A stretch of DNA of 51,032 nt, filler included, from an uncultured virus (IMG/VR IMGVR_UViG_2061766007_000659) (Duplodnaviria; Heunggongvirae; Uroviricota; Caudoviricetes). It is 2 parts of one record of this genome, joined end to end, with 100 filler letters (N's around TTAATTAATTAA, not from the genome) between each part and the next. Parts side by side here need not be neighbours in the genome. Positions count along the whole stretch, not along the records: positions 21,746 to 51,032 come from IMGVR_UViG_2061766007_000659; 1 more part is not named here. The stretch is one strand, 5' to 3'. Below are positions 39,469-49,275 of the stretch, in pieces. The notes beneath the pieces are model-generated. The model was not told the DNA's origin. It worked only from the letters and a program-made list of their open reading frames with translations, and made no database searches. Position numbers and translations under genes: made by a program. Position 1 is the stretch's first letter. Every line of letters begins with the position of its first letter.

Positions 39469-40290
39469 ATGAAGAGACTTATAGTCGGAGATATCCACGG
39501 ACAGTATGATATGCTTAAAGCCCTCCTTGATGATGTAGGATTCAATCCTGCTGAGGGAGATATACTCNNNNNNNNNNNNNNNCAGAATCTGGAAGTCCTC
39601 AGGTACCTCATGTCCTTGAGAGACAGCTTCAAGTCTGTATTCGGTAATCATGACATTTGGATTTGGCAGTATCTTCATGAGCCTATCCCTTATGGCAAGA
39701 CAGTCATTCCCTATATGTCAAGGGATGCAGAGGAGTGCTGGATGTGGAATGGGGGAAGAACCACAAGATATGATATCCATTCCATAGAGGATACCGAAAA
39801 GAGGGCCATCTTCAACTGGATAGGTCAGCTTCCCTATACTATTGACCTTGGAGATTTTGTCCTTGTCCATACTCCTACATTTAAGAACGTGTTTCCTGAG
39901 GATGTTGACCCTAGCACCTTAACTCTTGAAGAAGCAATGGATAAGGATGTCTGCGAGAAGGATTATGATTCGTGGTTCTGGGATAGAGATATCATCGCCT
40001 ATTCCTCTGTTTTCTCGGGAAGAGGAACAAACGTATTGACCGAAGACGATAAGAACAGGTGGGGCTTCGGTAAGAAGGTCCTTATTATAGGACATACTCC
40101 TCTCACACAAGGTCCCCTTTATGATTCATATTTACAGATGATTGCCCTTGATACAGGAGCCTTCGTAAGAAAAGAGATACATAAGGTGGAAGGTAAGCTC
40201 ACCATCCTCAACCTTGATACCATGGAATATAATCAGGTGGATGGGAACTTAAACAAGTTCAATGGTAAAATTGAATTAAAGTCAAATTGA
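39469..40290 (+). CDS. Metallophosphoesterase (PPP Ser/Thr phosphatase-like)
   Basis: GDIHG, GNHD, IIGHTP, LDTGA. Confidence 0.9.
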   Translation: MKRLIVGDIHGQYDMLKALLDDVGFNPAEGDILXXXXXQNLEVLRYLMSLRDSFKSVFGNHDIWIWQYLHEPIPYGKTVIPYMSRDAEECWMWNGGRTTRYDIHSIEDTEKRAIFNWIGQLPYTIDLGDFVLVHTPTFKNVFPEDVDPSTLTLEEAMDKDVCEKDYDSWFWDRDIIAYSSVFSGRGTNVLTEDDKNRWGFGKKVLIIGHTPLTQGPLYDSYLQMIALDTGAFVRKEIHKVEGKLTILNLDTMEYNQVDGNLNKFNGKIELKSN

Positions 40291-40603
40291 TTCAATATAA
40301 AATTTGTATAAGAAATATATTTAATNNNNNNNNNNNNNNNNNNNNNNNNNNNNNNNNNNNNNNNNNNNNNNNNNNNNNNNNNNNNNNNNNNNNNNNNNNN
40401 NNNNNNNNNNNNGCTCAACCCAAGGATTTCAATGACCCCGCTGTAAGAGCTTTTATGAGATTCGTTAATAAGAGAGATTTTGACAGAAGAGTTCAGGATA
40501 TTGTCAGTAACCTTGTTGATTATATGAATGAAAGGGGAATTGATACTCCTTGTGCCCACGGATGTGATGAAAGCTGTGAATTCCATGAAGAGGAGTTCGG
40601 AAA

Positions 40604-41150
40604 ATGAAGATTAGAAACGGATTTGTAAGCAATTCAAGCTCATCAAGCTTTGTGGTGAACAGGAAGACAAATACTGACCTTGTGGGTATCCCCTTGGAAA
40701 TGATGAAGAAGAAGCGTGGATACTATACTATCGTTCTTCCCCAGAAGAATCATGGACGCTCTGAATTCGGTTGGGAAGAGGTAAGGTGGATGGACACTGC
40801 TGACAAGCTCAACTATGCCGCGATTCAGGCTATATATTCTCAGCATAGGTGGGAATATCTCTATACCCTTGAAAAGGCAATTGAAAAGAGATTCCACGAA
40901 ACCTATGGAGAGGATACTGACCTCAATGTATATTGGGATTACAATGCCGTCCTTTACGGAAGCGAGACCCAGTATGCTTCCATTGACCACCAGTCCACAA
41001 TATCAGATTATGAATGTTCTACTTGGGCTCAGAGGAATGGCGAGATTTCCGTTGTCCATGATATCTTTGAGAGCGTGGAGAATATGGAGAACTTCCTTTT
41101 CAACCCTGATGCCTACATTCAGGGTGGAAATGATAACGGCGGTAATGAGT
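40604..41150 (+). CDS. MKIRNGFVSNSSSSSF-family protein 3 (3' end in or after gap)
   Basis: GAGGAG RBS; N-terminal motif; EFGWE, KLNY, IDHQS, ENFLFN, GNDN shared with the 17661 gene. Confidence 0.75.
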
Positions 41151-41163
41151 NNNNNNNNNNNNT

Positions 41164-41523
41164 ATCTATGGAAATATCTACAATATTCACAGAGATAGGG
41201 AAACAGCCTCCTATGACCTTGGTGAAGGTGAGAAGCTTGACCCTTTCTATGAGGGGACCTGTAAGGTCTGTGGTCAGCCTATGGAGTATAGGAGCTTTAC
41301 ACAGAACTACTATGAGACTCCTGAGAATGAGAGGAAGGGCGAGAACTTCTGGGATTCTCTAAGAGATAGAGTCAATGTTCCTCACGGAGACGATGACCCT
41401 TGGTATGATGGATACTATATCTGCTCCAATCCCGATTGTGAGTGTCATAAGAAGGTATTTCCGGTAACTGACTATTCAGCCAAAGATGCTCCTGTCCTTG
41501 ACAGATACAAGGAGTATTGTTGA
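41164..41523 (+). CDS. Zn-ribbon-like protein or C-terminal extension of the upstream gene
   Basis: Frame open from the gap: ...GTCKVCGQPMEY...YICSNPDCECH. Confidence 0.5.
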   Translation: MYGNIYNIHRDRETASYDLGEGEKLDPFYEGTCKVCGQPMEYRSFTQNYYETPENERKGENFWDSLRDRVNVPHGDDDPWYDGYYICSNPDCECHKKVFPVTDYSAKDAPVLDRYKEYC

Positions 41524-41717
41524 TGGAATCGTTCATTGATACTTTCATGAAGAATGTAAAAGACCCCATCAAGTTCGTGGATGAACTCCACAGAAGACTT
41601 GAAGGAATGTATAATGACCTTGAGGAAGTCGGAGCCAAGGACTTCTACCGACATTCGATGCAGTCTGAGGTACTGATTAAGGCTATCCTTGAATGGATGG
41701 AGAGCTACAAGGACTGA
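41523..41717 (+). CDS. Hypothetical protein
   Basis: AAGGAG RBS, short ORF. Confidence 0.5.
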   Translation: MESFIDTFMKNVKDPIKFVDELHRRLEGMYNDLEEVGAKDFYRHSMQSEVLIKAILEWMESYKD

Positions 41718-41733
41718 AATTTTTTCAGGGGTA

Positions 41734-41775
41734 TTGACAAAAAGTCAGGGATGTGGTATATTTTCAATGTAAGGG
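41734..41775 (+). promoter_or_regulatory. sigma70-type early promoter
   Basis: TTGACA-17-TATATT with TG extension, then AATGTAAGGG. Confidence 0.8.
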
Positions 41776-41809
41776 AAATATACCACTTCTCTTATAAAGG
41801 AGACCACAA

Positions 41810-42301
41810 ATGGCAGACACCAAAGAGTGTATCAAGGAAGTCAAGGACGCTGAGAAGCAGGTCGAGAAAGCAAAAATGATGGTTGAGGGTTGTGAGAAGG
41901 CGCTGGAGGACAGCAAGGTTTATCTGTTCAATCAGTGCATCAACGGAAAGACCATCAAGTTCAACAAGCTCACCAAGAAGTATGGTGATGTGAGAATCAG
42001 ATTCTCCGTCAACACAGATGATTTCTATAAGGACAGCTACAAGCCCGCTGAGAAAATCATGGGTAAGGTCTCAATGACCGTTCCTCAGAAGAACGGAATG
42101 AGCATCAAAGAGATGCTTTATGAGATTTCAGACTATGTTGACTTCAATCTTTTCTACGAGCCCTGTCTTGATGGAAGCGAGGTCACCTGTAGTCTTGACA
42201 ACGGAGTTTTCACCATCAATGGTGATGTCATGATTTGGTTCTTCTATCTTACAGATATTGCTGATTATCTGGTCGGCAAGAAGATTACCATTGAGGACTG
42301 A
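41810..42301 (+). CDS. Hypothetical early protein
   Basis: AAAGGAG RBS, 163 aa. Confidence 0.65.
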   Translation: MADTKECIKEVKDAEKQVEKAKMMVEGCEKALEDSKVYLFNQCINGKTIKFNKLTKKYGDVRIRFSVNTDDFYKDSYKPAEKIMGKVSMTVPQKNGMSIKEMLYEISDYVDFNLFYEPCLDGSEVTCSLDNGVFTINGDVMIWFFYLTDIADYLVGKKITIED

Positions 42302-42328
42302 ACATTCGGTAATTATAAGGAGGCTGCT

Positions 42329-42967
42329 ATGGATAAGTGCAGTTTTAGGGAAAATGGTATCATCAGCGATGATAAGGAAAAAGAGACAATTGTTGTGGCA
42401 GTGAACAGCATTGAATGGCCTGACAAGTTCGATTATCTCCCTTGGGACATGACCATGAACCTTGACCTTGAGGGTGGTGACAAGGAAGATACGGATTACA
42501 TCGGTGACATCATAAGCAACAAGCTTTGGTTCATGTTCCATGTCAGACCCTACGCCTTCGGTTGGGATATCCTTGAGGATGAGGACGAGGATGATGAGGA
42601 TACCTGTGACCTTGATTGCGAAAATTGTCCTTATGATGATGAGGACGATGAAGATGAGGATGAAGCTGAGGATGAAGGTACTGATGGTCCGATGCTTGAT
42701 GATTTGATTGATGCAGTCAGCAAGCCAACCATCACCGGAAGAGTCTTCGCTGTCCTTGGAGTAATCGCTGACCATGGACTTCTCCCCTCAGAAGAGGATG
42801 ATACAGACTCAGAGGACGAGGATTGTGATTGCGAGGACGAGGAATCTGAGGAAGATGAGGAAGTCTCTGAGGATGAGTACTTCAAGATGTGTGCTGATTT
42901 CCTCAATGGACTTGCCAATCTTGTAATGGAATCCAAGAAGAAAGATTCAAAGGATACTGACAAGTGA
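42329..42967 (+). CDS. Highly acidic hypothetical protein
   Basis: AAGGAGG RBS; long D/E runs; CDLDCENCPY. Confidence 0.65.
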   Translation: MDKCSFRENGIISDDKEKETIVVAVNSIEWPDKFDYLPWDMTMNLDLEGGDKEDTDYIGDIISNKLWFMFHVRPYAFGWDILEDEDEDDEDTCDLDCENCPYDDEDDEDEDEAEDEGTDGPMLDDLIDAVSKPTITGRVFAVLGVIADHGLLPSEEDDTDSEDEDCDCEDEESEEDEEVSEDEYFKMCADFLNGLANLVMESKKKDSKDTDK

Positions 42968-43455
42968 ATCTTCCTGATTCAGCTGTTTTGGCACTTGGTG
43001 GAATCTTCTATCGTATATACAGACAGACAGATGATACCACCAAGGACGCCATGGCAATATTGAAGATATTCGATTTCAGTTGGAATCAGAGAACTGGAAT
43101 ACTCACTTATGAAAAGAGTGGAGAATCTATTGAGCTCACAAAGGAAATGTGCCTGAAGACTTCTCCATTTGAAATGGTCCCCGTCAAGAACATAAGCAAT
43201 TTTGACCTGGACTGTCTGGAAAAAGTGCTCAACACAAGGATGATGGTAGGGCTGAAATCAGCAGAAGGGCTCTACCCCTTGTTTGAATGTATAGGCTGGA
43301 AGATTTCCCATGATGGTGACACATACAGACTTCACTATCTTGGGGGAGTTGATTACTGGGAAGGTAACCTATGGAATGAACCGTGGGACGATGAAGGCCT
43401 TCCAAACTGGTTGGAAGACCAGAAAATACCTGAAAGATGGGACGAGGTTAACTGA
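42964..43455 (+). CDS. Hypothetical protein
   Basis: GTGA overlap with upstream gene, 163 aa. Confidence 0.6.
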   Translation: MNLPDSAVLALGGIFYRIYRQTDDTTKDAMAILKIFDFSWNQRTGILTYEKSGESIELTKEMCLKTSPFEMVPVKNISNFDLDCLEKVLNTRMMVGLKSAEGLYPLFECIGWKISHDGDTYRLHYLGGVDYWEGNLWNEPWDDEGLPNWLEDQKIPERWDEVN

Positions 43456-43456
43456 A

Positions 43457-43718
43457 ATGACCATTGAAGAACTGAAAGAAAGAATCACGGAATCCTACCC
43501 CGATAATGAGATTATCGTNNNNNNNNNNGGATGCCTTCATCGGTATCTCGGATGATTACAGGGCTGTCTATGACTATGACAAAATGGCTGAGTGTCTTAA
43601 GAAAGAGGACGATATGTCCTATGAGGACGCAATTGAGTTCATCGACTACAACACAATAAGGGCGCTTCCCTATATGGGAGAGAAGGCCCCTATCGTGGTG
43701 TATCCTTTGGAGGGTTGA
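43457..43718 (+). CDS. Conserved phage hypothetical protein (joined across gap)
   Basis: MTIEELKE...DAFIG...RAVYDYDKM...MSYEDAIEFIDYNT...YMGEKAPI. Confidence 0.6.
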
Positions 43719-43720
43719 CC

Positions 43721-44291
43721 ATGATTCAGCTTTGGATTGATACTGAAACCACCGGAACAAATGAGCAGAGAGATTCCATTGTCCAGCTCTCATGTATCGT
43801 GAGAGTAAACAACAAGGAAGTCGAGAGACACAAGTGGGACATCAAGCCTTACAAAATCAACGGAATGGACCCTGGGGCGNNNNNNNNNNNNNNNNNNNNN
43901 NNNNNNNNNCGACCAAAAAATCGCTTTCACAGAGTTCATCGAAATGTGCGACAGACTTGAACTCGGACCTGACAACAAGGCCTACTTCTGCGGATACAAC
44001 TCCAACTTTGACCTTCAGATGGTCAAGCAGTGGTTCCAGCATAACAGAAGATTTGATTTGTGGTCAAAAATTTACACCCCTGACATGGATGTGATGAGGA
44101 TGGCCATTCTTCCGTTCGCTGTGATGAAGGTGAGAGAGCACATGCCCAACTTCAAGCTTTCCACCGTTTATGAGACACTTTTCAATGAATCCCTTGAAGG
44201 CGCCCACGATTCAATGGCTGACATCGTTGGAACACTCAGGATTTATGATACCCTGATTGAGAAGTATTTCCCAGAAACCTTAGTTAACTAG
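43721..44291 (+). CDS. DEDDh 3'-5' exonuclease (DnaQ-like; joined across gap)
   Basis: WIDTETTG, CGYNSNFD, AHDSMAD. Confidence 0.9.
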
Positions 44292-44309
44292 GGCTTATAT
44301 TATATATAG

Positions 44310-46334
44310 ATGTTTATTTTCAAGAAGATTCACATAGAGAACTTCATGTCCCTCAGTTCAGTGGATTTGGAGTTGAATGACCAGCAGATTTCCGCTATAA
44401 CAGGACAGAACGGACAAGGAAAGTCCGCAATCATTGACGCCATTGCTTTCGCCATCACCAACCACAGAAAAGGCGAGAGCTTCAAGAATTATGTAAAGAC
44501 AGGAACAGAGAAACTCATCATTCACCTTGAGGCCTTGTTCAAGGACAAGCCTATCATCTATGACATTGAGGTATACAACGAAAATGTCAAGGGCCATGCC
44601 TTGTCCCCTGTTTCAAGAACGGTCAAATATGACGGAAAGACCTACTTCAACAGCGAGTATTCCCAGTTCATCGCCACACATAAGTTGGACAAACTGGAGG
44701 AACTCATGTTCCTCTATCAGAACTCCAACAATCTCATTGAGTGCAGACCCAAAGAGCGTGCCACACTTCTCAAAGAAATTTTCGGATATGATTTCTCTGA
44801 CTGCATCAAGTCCTTGAATGACGCCCTTGAATCAGAGAAGATGGCGCTTGTCGAGCATCAGGTCCGTATAGATGAGATGAACAAGCAGGTGTTTACAACC
44901 CAGCCTCTAATCAGAAGCACTCCCGAAGAGGGTATCGTCCTCATGGAAGAGAGACTCAAGGAGATTGACAAGGACCTCAACAAGATAGGTCAGGTCAATG
45001 GGGATGAAATCACAAAATGTGACAACAACATCACCCAGCTTCAGAGGACCATCAGTTCATCAAGGACAGGTATCTCCAACACAAAGAACAATCTGTCAAA
45101 GGCTGAGACCCAGCTTGAGGATATCAACAGATATATCGAGCAGACGGATGTTGACTTCATCAAGAAAGAAATTGACAGACTGAACACTGACATCGAGGCC
45201 CACAGCCTTGAGCATCAGAGAGATACAGAGACCAACAACACCCTCAACAAGGAGTTGAGTGTCCTTCAGTATAAACTCAAGGAAAAGGAAGCCCAGTATG
45301 AGATAAGCAAGACCGGAAAGTGTCATGCCTGCGGTCAGCCTATTGAGGAATCCCATGTCCTTAAGCTTGAATCTGAGATTAAGGAAACAGAGGATAAGAT
45401 AACCCTCAAGAAAAAGGAGATATCTGACCTCGGATTTGACCCCAAGGACACCAAGGGCAAGAAACTCAAAGATGAGCTGAAGCATAATACGGACAGATTG
45501 AAGGACTTTGAGGGGTGGACGAAGAACAAGGCAGACCTTGAAGGAAGAATCAAGGAACTCAAGGAACTGATTGAGGGAATGGAGACATCCCTTAATGAGC
45601 TTGATTCCAAGATGGACTTGCTCCAGAATCAGAGAAAGAGACTTGCTGATGCTGAGAGACTTGTGGAAACCAAGAACTCACTCACCAAGGAGAAGAACGA
45701 GATCAAGCAGAGAATCCAGACCGCAAGGGAACAGAACGCAAGAAACGCTGAGAGAGTCCTCAACAATCAGAAGATTGAGGCTCAGAAGATTGAGAGGGAT
45801 TCCAAGGTGAGGGAACTCATGGAGAAGTCCAATGACCTTTCACTTGTGGTCAACAGAAGAAAGCAGGAGATTGACATCTTTGAGAGCAAATTCCCCAACT
45901 ATATGGTCATACAGGCCTGCACCCATCTTGAACAGATGATTAATGAGATTGTCCAGAGAGTGTTCCCCTATTGTCAGGTTCTTCTCAAACCAGATAAGGG
46001 TGGAGTCAACTTCGTCTATACAACTGAGTCAAGTTCGGAGGAATGGATTTCAGTCAGTATGGCTTCCGGTGCTCAGAGAACAGTTCTCGGATTGGCTTAC
46101 TTCATCGCACTCGCAAGACTGAGTAATGTTGATTGTATCTTCCTTGATGAGATTGACGCGGCCTGTTCTCCTGAGAACTCAGAGATAATCTATAACTTCA
46201 TCGCTGAACTTGATTATTTCCCGCAGGTGTTCTTCATCTCACACAGACCCGAGGCACACCAGGTTGTAAAGGACAAGAACGAGAATCTTGTCACCTATCA
46301 TGTCATGCAGGGAACGGTATTTGAAGAGGATTAA
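44310..46334 (+). CDS. Rad50/SbcC (T4 gp46-like) ATPase, recombination nuclease subunit
   Basis: Walker A GQNGQGKS, coiled coils with central Zn-hook CHACGQ, signature ASGAQ, Walker B IFLDEID, H-loop ISH. Confidence 0.93.
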   Translation: MFIFKKIHIENFMSLSSVDLELNDQQISAITGQNGQGKSAIIDAIAFAITNHRKGESFKNYVKTGTEKLIIHLEALFKDKPIIYDIEVYNENVKGHALSPVSRTVKYDGKTYFNSEYSQFIATHKLDKLEELMFLYQNSNNLIECRPKERATLLKEIFGYDFSDCIKSLNDALESEKMALVEHQVRIDEMNKQVFTTQPLIRSTPEEGIVLMEERLKEIDKDLNKIGQVNGDEITKCDNNITQLQRTISSSRTGISNTKNNLSKAETQLEDINRYIEQTDVDFIKKEIDRLNTDIEAHSLEHQRDTETNNTLNKELSVLQYKLKEKEAQYEISKTGKCHACGQPIEESHVLKLESEIKETEDKITLKKKEISDLGFDPKDTKGKKLKDELKHNTDRLKDFEGWTKNKADLEGRIKELKELIEGMETSLNELDSKMDLLQNQRKRLADAERLVETKNSLTKEKNEIKQRIQTAREQNARNAERVLNNQKIEAQKIERDSKVRELMEKSNDLSLVVNRRKQEIDIFESKFPNYMVIQACTHLEQMINEIVQRVFPYCQVLLKPDKGGVNFVYTTESSSEEWISVSMASGAQRTVLGLAYFIALARLSNVDCIFLDEIDAACSPENSEIIYNFIAELDYFPQVFFISHRPEAHQVVKDKNENLVTYHVMQGTVFEED

Positions 46335-46383
46335 TTTAACTAATTAAGATACAACCTGAAATTATTTTTTGGAGTAAAATATA

Positions 46384-46830
46384 TGACAAAAAACGAATTG
46401 GCGGATAAGCTTGACCTTGGTGACTATGGTACTGAAATTGATAACGGCTACANNNNNNNNNNNNNNNNNNNNNNNNNNNNNNGATATAATCAAATTCATC
46501 AGTGAGCATGTTGATGAAGTCAATGATACAATCGCTGAATTCGGTTGGGAAGGTTGTGGAAGCGACCTCTACAAGGCCGGACAGATGGCTGAATATGTAA
46601 TGATTGAAAGAGATATGGAGGATCACATTCCTGATATCGTTGTCTATGGTGCCCTTTGTGACAAGTATGGAGACGAGATTCCCGAAGATGTTGTTGAGGT
46701 ATGTTTACAGGCCCTCCGTGACGGAGAGATTGATGATGATTGGAACGGAAGAATAGACACTCACTATGATGAAGTCTATGACATCATTGAGAGAGAACTC
46801 GGTTCTGATGAGGAAGAAGAAGATGAATAA
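46384..46830 (+). CDS. Acidic hypothetical protein (joined across gap)
   Basis: GGAG RBS, MTKNELADKLDLGDYG...EEEDE; preceded by AACTAATTAA. Confidence 0.55.
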
Positions 46831-47116
46831 GACTTGGAAAAGCAATAATAAGCTGAATGAATCTGGCAGAAGATTCCAGGAGGATTACGGTTGGGAAGTC
46901 CCTTATGACAATATCTGGGACCTCTATGAGGAAATGAAGGAAGCCTTCGGTGCTGAGGAGCTCCTGGAGAGCATCGTCAGAGCCATGGGAACAGATAACC
47001 TGGGTGATACTCTCGCCTATATCTGCAGAATGAATGACTTTGATTCTCAATATCTTGCTGGTAATGAAGATGATGAGGATGAAGAAGAAGATGAGGATGA
47101 AGAGGACGAAGAGTAA
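46823..47116 (+). CDS. Acidic protein with MNKTWKSNNKLNE leader (candidate internal head protein)
   Basis: N-terminus resembles the three convergent minus-strand genes. Confidence 0.6.
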   Translation: MNKTWKSNNKLNESGRRFQEDYGWEVPYDNIWDLYEEMKEAFGAEELLESIVRAMGTDNLGDTLAYICRMNDFDSQYLAGNEDDEDEEEDEDEEDEE

Positions 47117-47134
47117 TTCTGATTCCTTAAAAGA

Positions 47135-47166
47135 AAAAGACCACTGAAAAGTGGTCTTTTATTTTT
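47135..47166. terminator. Bidirectional Rho-independent terminator
   Basis: AAAAGACCACT-GAAA-AGTGGTCTTTT between convergent genes. Confidence 0.8.
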
Positions 47167-47494
47167 ATTCCTTAGAGAATATATAGACTTCATTGAACCC
47201 TGACATTGAGCTGTCCCAGGTTCTGCTGTATGACCATCCGTATCTTCCCAAGTCCATCCATGAGTCCTTGAGGTCTCCTTCTGATACAGGGCATCTGCTT
47301 GCTCTTATCTTGAACCTGTCATATCCTGTCTTTTCGAGACCTGCGACGAATCCTCTGATGCTCCTGATTCCAGGCATCATATTATATCTTGGAGGTTCCT
47401 TATAGTCTATACCTTTGACCTCTGGAATATCGGAGTAATCCTCGCCATAATTCTCTCTGAGTATCATGTTGTTGTCTTTCCAGGCTTTCTTCAT
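47165..47494 (-). CDS. MKKAWKDNNMILRE-leader protein 1
   Basis: Shared 14-aa N-terminus. Confidence 0.7.
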   Translation of the reverse strand: MKKAWKDNNMILRENYGEDYSDIPEVKGIDYKEPPRYNMMPGIRSIRGFVAGLEKTGYDRFKIRASRCPVSEGDLKDSWMDLGRYGWSYSRTWDSSMSGFNEVYIFSKE

Positions 47495-47495
47495 T

Positions 47496-47720
47496 TTATC
47501 TGACCACTCCTTTTCTTACTGTTCTGAGCTTATATATCTCCTCATAGGAAGCGCCCTCAAGACTTATACCCTCTGATATCTCTATTGAGTTACGTGCATC
47601 TATGAGATTGTCACCCATGGCATAATAGGTCTTTCCGTCCTTGATGAACTTATAATGGGTGTTGCCGCTTGTCTTTCCTTCCCTAAGCAACATATTGTTG
47701 TCTTTCCAAGCTTTCTTCAT
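47496..47720 (-). CDS. MKKAWKDNNMLLRE-leader protein 2
   Basis: True start at MKKAW with GAGG RBS. Confidence 0.7.
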   Translation of the reverse strand: MKKAWKDNNMLLREGKTSGNTHYKFIKDGKTYYAMGDNLIDARNSIEISEGISLEGASYEEIYKLRTVRKGVVR

Positions 47721-47730
47721 TTTTTCATCC

Positions 47731-48327
47731 TCAATACTGTAAAGCATCTTCCATTATGGCATTCTTATCCAATCTCTTATATCCAAGGAATCTTTTCCAA
47801 AGACCTTCAAATCCAAGATAGTACTTATCAAACCAATCAAGAGCTTCATCAAGGGCTTCTTCATTCCTTAAAACAAAGTCAATGCATCCCTTATCCTCAG
47901 CCCTGTCAAACAAAATAGACTTACCTGAATCTTCCTTTACCTTTGAAATGAACTTGTTTATGACTTCCTGAGAAAGCTTATTCAACTTACCGTTCCCATA
48001 GTAATCTTCACTGCTATTAGGAAGATATAATTCTATTATAGGAACAGCTGCATAGGACATGGGAATGAATTGGCCATTATACTTCAATTTTCTTGATAAG
48101 GAAATCTTAAGACCCTCAGACTGGTCATCAACCCAATCCAAGGTATCCCTCCATTTTTCTTTAGGGTCTATTTCTGAGCCAGCATAACAGAACTCATATA
48201 TCTCAGGCCATTTATGGGAGTGCTTATTCAAATACCCGAATAATCTATCAACTTTAGAGGATATCTTTTTACTGACTCCACCCTCTCTAAGCAGCATATT
48301 GTTGTCTTTCCAAGCTTTCATAGTCAT
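47731..48327 (-). CDS. MKAWKDNNMLLRE-leader protein 3
   Basis: Shared leader; AAGGA RBS; upstream AACTAATTAA on the minus strand. Confidence 0.7.
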   Translation of the reverse strand: MTMKAWKDNNMLLREGGVSKKISSKVDRLFGYLNKHSHKWPEIYEFCYAGSEIDPKEKWRDTLDWVDDQSEGLKISLSRKLKYNGQFIPMSYAAVPIIELYLPNSSEDYYGNGKLNKLSQEVINKFISKVKEDSGKSILFDRAEDKGCIDFVLRNEEALDEALDWFDKYYLGFEGLWKRFLGYKRLDKNAIMEDALQY

Positions 48328-48348
48328 TATTCCTTGTCTTTTAATTAG

Positions 48349-48848
48349 TTAGATGACAAATCCCACACCCACTCCAATGCTGAACGGGAAATTGACCCCT
48401 ACGGTCAATAGGGTCTTGTTGAACAGGAACATACCTGCTGATATTCCGAATCCATAGGTATCCTTGAAGTTATAGGTCACAGAGCCGCTCACGAATCCCT
48501 TGAAGNNNNNNNNNNNNNNNNNNNNNNNNNNNNNNNNNCCACTTCCTTGACAAGATTATCATAGTCTGCCAATATTTTGAGATACTTATCTCTAAGTTCC
48601 CTGTTGGCCTCAATATAGGAATTGACGGATTTATCAAGTTCCTCAGCCTTAATCAGCAGTTCCTCATGCTCATGATTCAGCTCATAATAGTTCTTGGCAA
48701 CTATGAGCAGGACTTCTTCGGCTGTGTATCCGTCTGGAATCACAACCTGCTCCTTTCCATATTTTGTGTCTATGTCAAAAGTTGTGGTTGCCCACAAACA
48801 CCCCACCATACATAACAGGAGGGTCATTACAATCATTTTCCTTAACAT
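48349..48848 (-). CDS. Signal peptide, coiled coil and C-terminal amphipathic beta-strands (candidate outer-membrane spanin component; joined across gap)
   Basis: MLRKMIVMTLLLCMVGCLWA signal; heptad region; after the gap FKGFVSGSVTYNFKDTYGFGISAGMFLFNKTLLTVGVNFPFSIGVGVGFVI*. Confidence 0.55.
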
Positions 48849-48852
48849 ATAT

Positions 48853-49203
48853 TTACCTTTTCAATCCTGGAAGAAAGTCAGCCAATTCCTCTTTTTTCTG
48901 TTCCTGTGAGGATTTGTCCTTCTCTATCTCCTCTTTGAGCTCTTCCTCTTTCTTTTCCAGTTCTTTTTCCTTTTTCTCGACTTCCTTGGATTCCTTCTCT
49001 ATCTCCTTCTTCTCTTCCTTTATCTCCTTTTTATCCTCTTTAATCTCCTTCTTGGCATCTTTCCTTTTGGATACAGAGATAAGGGTAATGAGGGCTACAA
49101 CGGGAATGAAAAGCTTCTTGATGACATTCCACACCCCTACGAAGAAGTCCTTCAATTTCTCCAGAAAAGTCTTTTCCTCTTTCTTCTCTTCATTATTTTC
49201 CAT
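48853..49203 (-). CDS. Single-TM coiled-coil protein (candidate i-spanin)
   Basis: LFIPVVALITLISVS TM followed by a K/E-rich coiled coil. Confidence 0.55.
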   Translation of the reverse strand: MENNEEKKEEKTFLEKLKDFFVGVWNVIKKLFIPVVALITLISVSKRKDAKKEIKEDKKEIKEEKKEIEKESKEVEKKEKELEKKEEELKEEIEKDKSSQEQKKEELADFLPGLKR

Positions 49204-49223
49204 GAAAAAATTAGTCAGGGCTA

Positions 49224-49266
49224 TTGACAATTAAAATGAGATATGATATTATGAGAATGTAAGGAG
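49224..49266 (+). promoter_or_regulatory. sigma70-type early promoter plus RBS
   Basis: TTGACA-17-TATTAT with TG extension, then AATGTAAGGAG. Confidence 0.8.
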
Positions 49267-49275
49267 ATAAGACCT

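Noticed and set aside
42128..42963. Minus-strand hydrophobic/Ser-rich ORFs (42128-42775, 42631-42963) and similar ones at 27936-28619 and 48764-49234
   Set aside because: Antisense shadows of acidic or Lys/Glu-rich genes that have clear RBSs on the other strand.
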